This document shows positions 4,973-12,705 of a DNA stretch of 41,339 nt, in pieces; the stretch's first letter is position 1, and each line of letters starts with the position of its first letter. The notes beneath the pieces were generated by a model. The model saw only the letters and a list, made by a program, of their open reading frames with translations, was not told where the DNA came from and ran no database searches. The stretch lies in the NCBI GenBank assembly GCA_964361585.1, contig CAYIBB010000001.1:36116-77454 (forward strand). The letters run 5' to 3'. The translations under genes were made by a program, and so were the position numbers. The stretch comes from Candidatus Woesearchaeota archaeon (GTDB taxonomy: Archaea > Nanobdellota > Nanobdellia > Pacearchaeales > UBA12030).

Positions 4973-7591
4973 ATGATTAAGATACTAAGTAAGCCAAGGG
5001 AAGAGAAAGAGCTAAGAGAGGCCTTAGATCCGATAGTCAGGGATTGGTTTTTCTCAAAGTTCAAGGAATTTTCACTACCTCAGCTTTATGGTGTCATGCC
5101 TATTCACGAGAGAAAGAATATACTTATAAGTGCCCCGACTGGAGGCACTAAGACTCTGACTGCATTCCTCTCAATTTTAAATTACTTAGTGAAACTTGCA
5201 CGCAAGGTAGAGCTTGAAGATAAAGTCTATTGTATTTATAATTCTCCGCTCAAGGCACTTAATAATGACATTTTCGTGAACCTTATTACACCTCTTGAAG
5301 AGATTAAAGAGATTGCTAAGAAATACGGAGTTGCCCTACAAGAGATAAGAATTGCAGTAAGGACGGGGGATACTCCTACAGCTGAGAAAGTTAAGATGCT
5401 TGCTAGGCCTCCACATATACTTATAACAACTCCTGAGACTCTGGCTATTGTATTGAGTTCGAGAAAATTTATTGACTATCTTAAGGCAGTTGAGTTCCTT
5501 ATTGTGGACGAAATTCATGCTCTTGCCAGCAACAAAAGAGGTGTTCACTTAAGTCTTAGTCTTGAGCGTCTTGAGGGAATTTCTTCCATTCCTCCTGTAA
5601 GAATAGGGCTTTCTGCTACTATAGCTCCATTGGAGGAGATTGCTAAGTTTCTAGTTGGTCTAGACGATGGTAAAGAAAGAGATTGTGAAGTGGCTGATGT
5701 TCAATTCTCTAAGGAGCATGACCTAAAAGTTCTTTGCCCAGTTCCTGATTTAATTGATACTTCTTCTGGGCAACTTCACCGTGGATTGTATGGACTTATT
5801 GACAGGCTGATACAGGAACATAAGACTACCTTAATTTTTACTAACACAAGAAGTGCTACTGAAAGAGTTGTTAATCACCTTAAAGAGATGTTCCCAAAAA
5901 AGTACTTGGAGGAGATAGGGGCTCATCACTCAAGCCTGAGTAAGAAACATCGCTTTGATATTGAAAAGGGGCTTAGAGAAGGCAAGCTCAAGGTGGTTGT
6001 GTGTTCCACTTCGCTGGAGTTGGGAATTGACGTAGGTTACATTGATCTTGTTATCTTGCTCGGAAGTCCAAAAAGTGTTGCTCGAGCCTTGCAAAGAAGT
6101 GGGAGAGCAGGGCACAAGTTACATGACATTTCGAAGAGCAGACTCATAGTTCTAGATCGCGATGACCTTGTAGAATGTGGCGTTCTCCTTAAAGAGGCAA
6201 TAGAAAAGAAAATTGACAAGGTGCAGATTCCTAAAAATTGCCTCGATGTCCTATGTCAGCAGATTTATGGAATAGCAATAGCAGAAAGAACAAATATTAA
6301 TGACCTATTTAAGATTATTAGGAGAAGTTACTGTTATAAAGACCTCAATAGGGAGGAGTTTATGGATGTAATCTCTTACCTTGCTGGCGACTTTGCCGAA
6401 CTTGAATCCAAGAATGTGTATGCTAAGATATGGTATGATTCTGAGACAGGAATGATAGGCAAGCGGGGGAAGTTAGCAAGAATGATTTATATGACAAATA
6501 TTGGAACAATTCCAGAAGAATCTTTTATTAATATTGTTGTTAATGCTGGAGGTAGAGAGGAAAAAGTCGGCGTAGTTGATGAGGCATTCCTCGAGCGACT
6601 ACAGAAAAGGGATGTCTTTGTACTCGGAGGCCATAAGTATGAATTTCTTTACACAAGGGGTATGAATGCCTATGTCTCTGGTGGAGTGCAGAGGTCGCCT
6701 ACTATTCCTTCGTGGTTTTCCGAGATGTTGCCTCTAAGCTTTGATCTTGCTCTTGAAATTCAGCGTTTCAGGAAGCTCATGGACGAAAAATTCTCGAGAA
6801 AGCGAGGAGAGCAGGATATCAAGGAATTTATTAGAAAATTCCTTTATGTGGATGAGAATGCTGTTAATGCTATTTACAACTATTTTAGAGAGCAGTATTA
6901 CTATGCTAAGATCCCTAATGAAAATAGGCTCCTAATTGAGCACTACACAGACATGGATGGGAAAAAGTACATAATTTTCCATACTCTTTATGGCCGCCGC
7001 GTTAATGATGCGCTCAGCAGGGCTTATGGTTTTCTTGTGGGAAAGCTCAGTAAGAGGGATGTGGAAATAGGAATTAGTGATAATGGATTCTTCATTGCTT
7101 CTTATGATAAGATGCAGATTGAGAGAGCCATCCAATTATTAAATTCAAAGAACTTGCGAGAAGTGCTTGAACAAGCAGTTGAGAAGACTGAAATGTTCAA
7201 GAGAAGATTTAGACACTGTGCCACTAGAAGTTTAATGATCTTACGCAGTTACATGGGGAGACATAAAAGTGTTGGCAAGCAACATCTAAAGTCTGGATTC
7301 CTTCTGGGGGCTGTAAGAAAATTAGATGAGAATTTTCCTATCTTGAGGGAAACTAAAAGGGAAGTATTACATGATTTAATGGATATTGAGAATGCCACCC
7401 AAGTACTGAAATGGCTTGAAGATGGAAAGATTAAGATTGAAAAAATAAATGTTGACGTTCCATCTCCATTTGCCTTCAACTTAATTATGCAGGGCTATGC
7501 TGACTTGCTTAAAATCGAGGATAAGCTTGAATTCCTTAAGCGTATGCATAAGGAAGTTTTGGCAAGGATTGAGAAGGATGTTGTAAGATAA
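4973..7591 (+). CDS. lhr: Lhr-type ATP-dependent SF2 helicase
   Basis: 872 aa. Helicase motifs: I APTGGTKT (variant), II VDEIH, III LSAT, VI QRSGRAGH. A long Lhr-type C-terminal extension is present. Confidence 0.85.
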   Translation: MIKILSKPREEKELREALDPIVRDWFFSKFKEFSLPQLYGVMPIHERKNILISAPTGGTKTLTAFLSILNYLVKLARKVELEDKVYCIYNSPLKALNNDIFVNLITPLEEIKEIAKKYGVALQEIRIAVRTGDTPTAEKVKMLARPPHILITTPETLAIVLSSRKFIDYLKAVEFLIVDEIHALASNKRGVHLSLSLERLEGISSIPPVRIGLSATIAPLEEIAKFLVGLDDGKERDCEVADVQFSKEHDLKVLCPVPDLIDTSSGQLHRGLYGLIDRLIQEHKTTLIFTNTRSATERVVNHLKEMFPKKYLEEIGAHHSSLSKKHRFDIEKGLREGKLKVVVCSTSLELGIDVGYIDLVILLGSPKSVARALQRSGRAGHKLHDISKSRLIVLDRDDLVECGVLLKEAIEKKIDKVQIPKNCLDVLCQQIYGIAIAERTNINDLFKIIRRSYCYKDLNREEFMDVISYLAGDFAELESKNVYAKIWYDSETGMIGKRGKLARMIYMTNIGTIPEESFINIVVNAGGREEKVGVVDEAFLERLQKRDVFVLGGHKYEFLYTRGMNAYVSGGVQRSPTIPSWFSEMLPLSFDLALEIQRFRKLMDEKFSRKRGEQDIKEFIRKFLYVDENAVNAIYNYFREQYYYAKIPNENRLLIEHYTDMDGKKYIIFHTLYGRRVNDALSRAYGFLVGKLSKRDVEIGISDNGFFIASYDKMQIERAIQLLNSKNLREVLEQAVEKTEMFKRRFRHCATRSLMILRSYMGRHKSVGKQHLKSGFLLGAVRKLDENFPILRETKREVLHDLMDIENATQVLKWLEDGKIKIEKINVDVPSPFAFNLIMQGYADLLKIEDKLEFLKRMHKEVLARIEKDVVR

Positions 7592-7596
7592 TTGTT

Positions 7597-7760
7597 TTAT
7601 TCAATTTCCTTCAATAATTTTTTCTCTATCAGTCTCGAGAGAGACGCTCCTTTCATTTTAGCTTCCTCCTTAAGCTCAAGAATTAATTTTTGTCCAGAGT
7701 TATATCTATTCTTTTTCTACCTATAAGCAATTCTCTTGTTCTGTCATAATGCTCTAGCAT
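7597..7760 (-). pseudogene. Frameshifted ribbon-helix-helix (CopG/Arc-like) gene
   Basis: Hand translation gives MLEHYDRTRELLIGRKRIDITLDKN* and then, one frame over, KLILELKEEAKMKGASLSRLIEKKLLKEIE*. Adding one A to the A5 run (plus T5 at 7687-7691) joins them into a typical RHH: a beta strand (KRIDITLDKKL) plus two helices. Confidence 0.45.
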
Positions 7761-7889
7761 CTGAATGCTTCTAGCTCCTTGCTTTAACAGCTTATTTATC
7801 TTATCCAATTGCTTTTTCCTCTCTAATTACCTCTATCGATTATAGTTTGTATAGATAGATTTTTTACTATTTAGATTCTACTTTAGATT

Positions 7890-8612
7890 ATGAAACTAGA
7901 ACTCCTTCCAGGTATTTATGTAGTGAATCTAGCAGTCTGGATTCCTAAGCACAAACTTCTGGCCATAGCAGATGTACATATAGGTTATGAAGAGTACCTT
8001 AATTCACAGGGAATCTTAGTTCCCAGGCAACAATTTAAACTTACAAAGCAATCCCTTGAGAAAATTTTTTCTGAGATTAAAATTAAGCCAGATACAATAA
8101 TAGTTAACGGAGACCTAAAGCATGAGTTTGGAGTAATAAGCAAGCAAGAGTGGCGCGAGGCTCTTGAGATTTTTGATTTGTTAGCGAGGCACTGCAAGAA
8201 AGTTGTTTTAATTAAGGGCAACCACGATACTATTTTGGAGCCTCTTGCTAGGAGGAAGAAACTTCAAGTAATGGACTTCTACTGTAAGGGAGAGATTTGT
8301 TTTACCCATGGTCATAAAATCTTCAAAGACAGGGAATTTGAAAAATCGAAAATCATGATTATAGGAAATGAGCACCCTGCTATTTCTATTCGAGAAGGTG
8401 TTAAGTCTGAACTTTACAAATGCTTTCTCCTAGGCTCGTGGAATGGTAAGAAACTTGTGGTCGTGCCTTCTTTTCTTCTTATCATAGAGGGAAGTGACTT
8501 GAGGAGAGAACAAGTAATGAGCCCTTACCTGAACCAACATCTCGGAAAATTTGAGGTCTTTATTGTTGGGGATAGAATTTATAGATTTGGAAGGCTAAAA
8601 GATATAAAGTAG
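7890..8612 (+). CDS. Metallophosphoesterase, small archaeal SbcD/Mre11-related type
   Basis: 240 aa with calcineurin-like motifs ADVHIG, NGDLKHE, KGNHD and THGH. It lies downstream of lhr on the same strand. Confidence 0.8.
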   Translation: MKLELLPGIYVVNLAVWIPKHKLLAIADVHIGYEEYLNSQGILVPRQQFKLTKQSLEKIFSEIKIKPDTIIVNGDLKHEFGVISKQEWREALEIFDLLARHCKKVVLIKGNHDTILEPLARRKKLQVMDFYCKGEICFTHGHKIFKDREFEKSKIMIIGNEHPAISIREGVKSELYKCFLLGSWNGKKLVVVPSFLLIIEGSDLRREQVMSPYLNQHLGKFEVFIVGDRIYRFGRLKDIK

Positions 8613-8631
8613 TTTTCTCTCTTCTTTGTAT

Positions 8632-8803
8632 GCCGGGTTGTGCCGAACGGTAAGGCACCGGATATGACCTTTCTTGGAAAGAAAGCTCAACTAAAGAAAG
8701 GCATAGGTGTATCTCGAAAACCGGCGGCGTAAGCCATGCAGGTTCGACTGAACCTTTTAGAAAAAGCTTCACCAAAAGGATCTCGAAAATCCTGCACCCG
8801 GCG
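8632..8803 (+). tRNA. Class-II tRNA, probably tRNA-Ser(CGA), interrupted by two introns
   Basis: Acceptor GCCGGGT (8632-8638) pairs with ACCCGGC (8796-8802); discriminator G is 8803. The D arm is TGCC-GAACGGTAA-GGCA, a Ser-like D loop. The anticodon arm CCGG(8658-8661)+T(8712)-CTCGAAA-ACCGG forms only after removing 8662-8711. The long variable arm is C-GGC-GTAA-GCC-AT. The T arm GCAGG-TTCGACT(8738-8749)+CCTGC(8791-8795) forms only after removing about 8750-8790. T-runs follow the 3' end. Exact splice points are ambiguous by 1-3 nt. Confidence 0.7.
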
Positions 8804-8866
8804 TTTTATCGAAATGTTTTTATGTTTTAGTATTAGTTTATTGTAACAATAAACGATAGAAAAAAG

Positions 8867-9169
8867 ATGGAAAGTTATGATCTTCATGTGTATATGGCTA
8901 GGGAAGAAGGTGAAGATGGTAAAAGAGGGTATAGGGGAAGTTATCTAGGGGATGAAAGGAAGAATGAGGGAGTTGTGTTATATTGTAAATCTCTTAGTAA
9001 CTTAAGGTTATTTGTAAAAACCGCGATGGAAAAATTCGCAAAAGACGGGAAGAGTATAAACCTTATTAATAGTCCAAGGAAGAGGGAAGATGGAATTCCT
9101 TTAAGTAAGGATGATTTTTTTGTATTAGAAGAGATTTTAAATAATAGAGGAATAGCTATTGTTGGGTAG
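8867..9169 (+). CDS. Hypothetical protein
   Basis: 100-aa ORF with no recognisable motif. ATG is preceded by a purine-rich tract (agaaaaaag). Confidence 0.4.
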   Translation: MESYDLHVYMAREEGEDGKRGYRGSYLGDERKNEGVVLYCKSLSNLRLFVKTAMEKFAKDGKSINLINSPRKREDGIPLSKDDFFVLEEILNNRGIAIVG

Positions 9170-9192
9170 TAACAAATAGAAAGGTTTATAAA
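9167..9192 (+). promoter_or_regulatory. Conserved 26-nt promoter-like motif (copy 1): TAGTAACAAATAGAAAGGTTTATAAA, containing BRE/TATA-like GAAAGGTTTATAAA
   Basis: 24 of 26 positions are identical to 19381-19406. The motif ends 30 nt upstream of the ATG at 9222. Confidence 0.45.
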
Positions 9193-9221
9193 TTCGGTGT
9201 GAATGTTATAAAGAGACTAAA

Positions 9222-9452
9222 ATGCCAGACGAATTATTTCAAGCTGCGGTAGATAGGCAGGAAATTGTTAAGAATGCACTAGAAGAAGGCCGAGTAGAGC
9301 CTGTATGGAAATGCCCTAAATGTGGCTCTCCGTTTTTTGCTGCTGTGAATATAGAAAATCGCGATGGCTCTTACTTTATAAGGTACTGTGGAAATTGTAT
9401 GAAGCCAGTAACTGCTCATGGAAGTCATAATCAGCCAGAGCTAAGTTATTGA
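9222..9452 (+). CDS. Small zinc-ribbon protein
   Basis: 76 aa with CPKCGS...(22 aa)...YCGNC, two CxxC pairs. Confidence 0.5.
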   Translation: MPDELFQAAVDRQEIVKNALEEGRVEPVWKCPKCGSPFFAAVNIENRDGSYFIRYCGNCMKPVTAHGSHNQPELSY

Positions 9453-9492
9453 TTCTTTTAGTTCTTCTTTAGATCTCCTTACTTAGAATTAG

Positions 9493-9921
9493 TTACCCCA
9501 CAAACTCACTGCCACTCTTCTTCACAATTCTAGGAATGGGCACGTGTAATGGAAGTCCCACTTCATCTTCGAGGAAGAAAGACTTTAGACTGCACTTCGT
9601 CCAAACAACATTCCTAATCAGCATTCCAAGATCCTCTTCAATCTTCTTCTTTTTCCAATCATTTAAAATGGCCTTGGCCTTGGCCCTCGAATCAACATAC
9701 ATTACGTGGCCCTCGAAGTGAATTTTAGCTGCATCCGGCTCATACTCAATATTAAAGTCAAAGTCGAAACTTAATACACTTTTTTCTTTTGAAAGGTCCT
9801 CGGCTTTTTCTTCTCTTATGTCAGTAATGCTCAACTTTGTCTGAACATTGAGATTTTTCTCTTTAAGATCTTCCTTCCTCTCAACATTTATTTTATGTAA
9901 ATGAAATCCTACTACTGGCAT
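9493..9921 (-). CDS. Hypothetical protein
   Basis: 142-aa ORF whose start overlaps the stop of 9912..10193 by 10 nt (same strand, operon-like). No confident family assignment. Confidence 0.55.
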   Translation of the reverse strand: MPVVGFHLHKINVERKEDLKEKNLNVQTKLSITDIREEKAEDLSKEKSVLSFDFDFNIEYEPDAAKIHFEGHVMYVDSRAKAKAILNDWKKKKIEEDLGMLIRNVVWTKCSLKSFFLEDEVGLPLHVPIPRIVKKSGSEFVG

Positions 9922-10193
9922 TTTAGTCTGTATCCGTAAGGAAATGAGCTGTATTCTACCTTACCTTCTTCTTTTAATTCTTCTAAGTCTGCTCGCAGCA
10001 CTAGATAGGGAGTTACTACATGATTAGGCTTTGCTTTTCCCTCTTCATTATAAGTCTTTGCACCTTCCACATACTTTATCCATAGATCTGGATCTTGTTT
10101 TTTAATCATGTCGCCAACCTCTTTAGGACTAAGCCACTCATTAATACCTGTCTGACTTAAAAATTCTAAGAGTGAATTATTTACAATAGACAT
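9912..10193 (-). CDS. Hypothetical protein
   Basis: 93-aa ORF, co-directional with and overlapping the downstream ORF. Confidence 0.5.
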   Translation of the reverse strand: MSIVNNSLLEFLSQTGINEWLSPKEVGDMIKKQDPDLWIKYVEGAKTYNEEGKAKPNHVVTPYLVLRADLEELKEEGKVEYSSFPYGYRLKCQ

Positions 10194-10252
10194 TTTTGAT
10201 TAAATTGGATAACATTTAAAAAGATTTATGTGTTTTGTTTATTATTCTAATA

Positions 10253-11962
10253 TTACATCCTCTCTAAAGGAGTAATGTTAAGAAGCTTTAAAGAATTTTC
10301 TAAAACTTGTCTTGTCGCCTCTGTAAGTTGCAATCTTTCTTTCCTTTCTTCCTTTTCCTCAGTCAGTACCTGTAAATTCGAATAAAAATTAGTAAAAGTC
10401 TGAGCAAGTTTGTAAGCATAATTAGCCACAATGTCGGGTTTAAGCTGCTCCGATGATATTTCAACAACTTCAGGAAATCTTGCCAGTTCGCGGAGGAGCA
10501 AGTATTCTTCTTTTTCCTTTAGCCTTAATACCCCTTTGTTAAAGGAAACCTTTTTCCCAGCCTTCCTTAAGATGCTTGAGGCCCTTGCATACGCATATTG
10601 AATGTAAGGTCCTGTTTCGCCCTCGAAAGATATTGCCTTTTCTGGATCGAAAAGTAAGTTTTTGTTTGGATCTATTTTGAGAAGGTAAAATTTTATTGCT
10701 GCCAAGGCTATATTTCTGGCTCTTTTTTCTAACTCACTCTTTTTTATTTTAGGTTCTCTCTTTAAAATCTCCTTCTCGGCAAGCCTTGTAAGTTCCTCTA
10801 TCAAATCATCTGCATCAACTACATTGCCTTTTCTGGACTTCATTCTTCCACTTGGCAAATTCACAAGACCATAACTCAAATGATGACAGTTTTTGGCCCA
10901 CTTGTAGCCTAAAAGTTCAAAGATTTTGAAAAGTTGTTTAAAGTAAGTATTCTGCTCCGAGGCCACAACCCAAATCATTCTATCTAATTTATATTTTTCA
11001 AATCTATGTTTTGTTAATGCAAGATCATTTGTAAGGTAGATAGAAGTTCCATCTGCTCTCAAGACTACTTTGCTGGGTAGACCATGACTCTCAAGTTTAG
11101 CTACAATATCGCCTTTCTCATTCCTTACAAATATCCCTTTTCTCAGACCTTCTTTTATTATTGGTCCTGCTTTATCATAAAACTCAGATTCCCGAGGCCA
11201 CAAATCGAAATGTGATCCAAAAGTTTTATAAGTTTGTTTCATTCCGCTGAGTGCCCACTCTGTTAGTTTGTGCCAAACTTTTCTAACTTCTGTTTCTTTT
11301 TTTTCCCATTTTCTTAGAAGTTCCTGAACTTCTTTCTCACTTTCCTCTGTCTTGTGTTTCTCGTAAAGCACGTAAAGTTCGCCAATAAAATGATCGGGTT
11401 TGATTCCAACTTTTTGTGGGTTTCTGTTTTTACCCCACTTAATATAAGCGTAAATGATCTTACACACATGCACACCCCTGTCATTTATAATGTTGGTCTT
11501 TATTACTTTATGGGCTGAAAATTCTAAAACATTAGAAATAGCCATACCAATAGAATCATTTCTTAAATGCCCTAAGTGAAGTGGTTTGTTGGAGTTTGGA
11601 CCGCTATACTCGAGCATTACTTTTTGTCCTTTACGTAAAAAATTCTGTCCAAAGTTTCTTTTTTTTCTGAAAGTTTCTTTTAAAACTCTTTCCCCTAGAA
11701 TTTCTTTCTTAACAAAAAAATTAAGGTAACCCTTTACTGCTATAGCTTTTTCTATTACACTATTCTCAAGATCTTTTTCTATCTTTAAGGCAAGCTCCTT
11801 AGATATTTTCTCGGGACTCTTTTTGTAGTGCTTCGATAATTTAAAACAAGGAAATGCGTAATCCCCTAGTTCGGTGTTAGGAACCTCTATTAAATTGTTT
11901 ATTTCTTCTTCTTTAAGTGGAATTTGTTTCTTAAGTAGTTTAATAACTACGTGTTTAAACAT
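10253..11962 (-). CDS. argS: Arginine--tRNA ligase
   Basis: 569 aa. Class-I HIGH motif in NSNKPLHLGHLRN. ArgRS-type C-terminal anticodon-binding region ending ...ITPLERM. Confidence 0.95.
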   Translation of the reverse strand: MFKHVVIKLLKKQIPLKEEEINNLIEVPNTELGDYAFPCFKLSKHYKKSPEKISKELALKIEKDLENSVIEKAIAVKGYLNFFVKKEILGERVLKETFRKKRNFGQNFLRKGQKVMLEYSGPNSNKPLHLGHLRNDSIGMAISNVLEFSAHKVIKTNIINDRGVHVCKIIYAYIKWGKNRNPQKVGIKPDHFIGELYVLYEKHKTEESEKEVQELLRKWEKKETEVRKVWHKLTEWALSGMKQTYKTFGSHFDLWPRESEFYDKAGPIIKEGLRKGIFVRNEKGDIVAKLESHGLPSKVVLRADGTSIYLTNDLALTKHRFEKYKLDRMIWVVASEQNTYFKQLFKIFELLGYKWAKNCHHLSYGLVNLPSGRMKSRKGNVVDADDLIEELTRLAEKEILKREPKIKKSELEKRARNIALAAIKFYLLKIDPNKNLLFDPEKAISFEGETGPYIQYAYARASSILRKAGKKVSFNKGVLRLKEKEEYLLLRELARFPEVVEISSEQLKPDIVANYAYKLAQTFTNFYSNLQVLTEEKEERKERLQLTEATRQVLENSLKLLNITPLERM

Positions 11963-12027
11963 TACTGGAAAAGAAAAAGTTCGTTAATAAATTTATCTAA
12001 AAATTCAATTAAAAATTAAAAATAAAA

Positions 12028-12288
12028 TTAAACTATATCTTCCTCTGCAACAACAACAAAATCGCCTATAGCAATAATAGAATTGTAAGGAACGGTGTAA
12101 TTTCTCTCTGTGTTCTTTTCTAATCCTAATTCCAGGGCATAACGTGTTGGATTTTTCAAAATAACATGAACACATTCCCCTGTCCTAGTTTCGAAAGTAA
12201 TATCTTGTACTTCTCCTAAATTCTTACCTTCCTTTGTAACAACTATTTTTCCAACTAGCTCTTTTGCTGGTCTTTTCTCGTCTACCAT
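12028..12288 (-). CDS. PRC-barrel domain protein
   Basis: 86 aa. LVGKIVVTKEGKNLGEVQDITFETRTGECVHVIL...IIAIGDFVVV has the typical PRC-barrel pattern. Confidence 0.6.
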   Translation of the reverse strand: MVDEKRPAKELVGKIVVTKEGKNLGEVQDITFETRTGECVHVILKNPTRYALELGLEKNTERNYTVPYNSIIAIGDFVVVAEEDIV

Positions 12289-12403
12289 GCTTTATCTCTG
12301 GAACTTAAATTTATAAATTTTTCTATAAATCAACCCTTATTACGTATTTTATTGGTTTTATAAAACCGAATAACTTCGGAATAGCCTGATTTTCGTATAC
12401 ACA

Positions 12404-12428
12404 CCCCCTCATTTCCTGTAGAAACAAG
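12404..12428 (-). promoter_or_regulatory. ORB-like box (minus strand: GTTTCTACAGGAAATGAGGGGG)
   Basis: Dyad-like TTTC-N-GGAAA followed by G5. Near-duplicate of 4245-4269. Confidence 0.5.
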
Positions 12429-12482
12429 ATTTATAAAATACATAACTTTAGAGTATTTTATTATTTATTTTATAAATATTTA

Positions 12483-12507
12483 TATAATATAATATAATAT
12501 AATATAA
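12483..12507. repeat. (TATAA)x5 microsatellite in the AT-rich core (candidate unwinding element)
   Basis: Five exact tandem tataa units read directly. Confidence 0.9.
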
Positions 12508-12677
12508 TAGTTATAAAATAATGTTAGAGTAAATTTATCTACTTCGGCGTTATAATGTTTATAAATTAATATGTTTAAAGAACGTGATGTTTCAAAATAA
12601 CTCTTTTTCTATATAATTGTTTTTAAACAACTTTCTTGTAAGTCCACAAGTAATAAAGTCATAAGTATTCCGAAGGA

Positions 12678-12700
12678 CATTCCAAAGGAAAGCTAGGGGG
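12678..12700 (+). promoter_or_regulatory. Weak second ORB-like box (CATTCCAAAGGAAAGCTAGGGGG), inverted relative to 12404-12428; may instead be only the cdc6 Shine-Dalgarno region
   Basis: About 16 of 23 positions match the reverse complement of the first box. However the G-run (GGGGGAGAGG) sits immediately 5' of the ATG at 12706. Confidence 0.3.
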
Positions 12701-12705
12701 AGAGG

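Larger units (their letters stand above)
12289..12705. other. Putative chromosomal replication origin (oriC-like spacer upstream of orc1/cdc6)
   Basis: 417-nt non-coding spacer, very AT-rich in its centre, with a (TATAA)5 tract. An ORB-like box lies at 12404-12428 and a weaker inverted one at 12678-12700. Flanking genes diverge from it (minus strand to the left, plus strand to the right). It is directly followed by orc1/cdc6 and PolD DP1 and DP2. Confidence 0.6.

Noticed and set aside
7597-7760. Toxin-antitoxin module built on the RHH gene
   Set aside because: No toxin-like ORF (PIN, RelE, ParE, etc.) is adjacent on either side, and the RHH itself is frameshifted.
8776-8795. Alternative T arm or anticodon arm AGGAT-CTCGAAA-ATCCT in the tRNA
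   Set aside because: It forms a neat hairpin. Used as a T arm, it leaves two unpaired nt before the acceptor strand and lacks the TTC T-loop signature. Used as an anticodon arm, it leaves no room for the variable and T arms. GCAGG-TTCGACT...CCTGC fits canonical geometry better.
8560-8887. Track ORFs 8560..8775(-) and 8687..8887(-)
   Set aside because: They lie antisense across the tRNA gene and its introns (8632-8803), and their composition gives no support for a protein.
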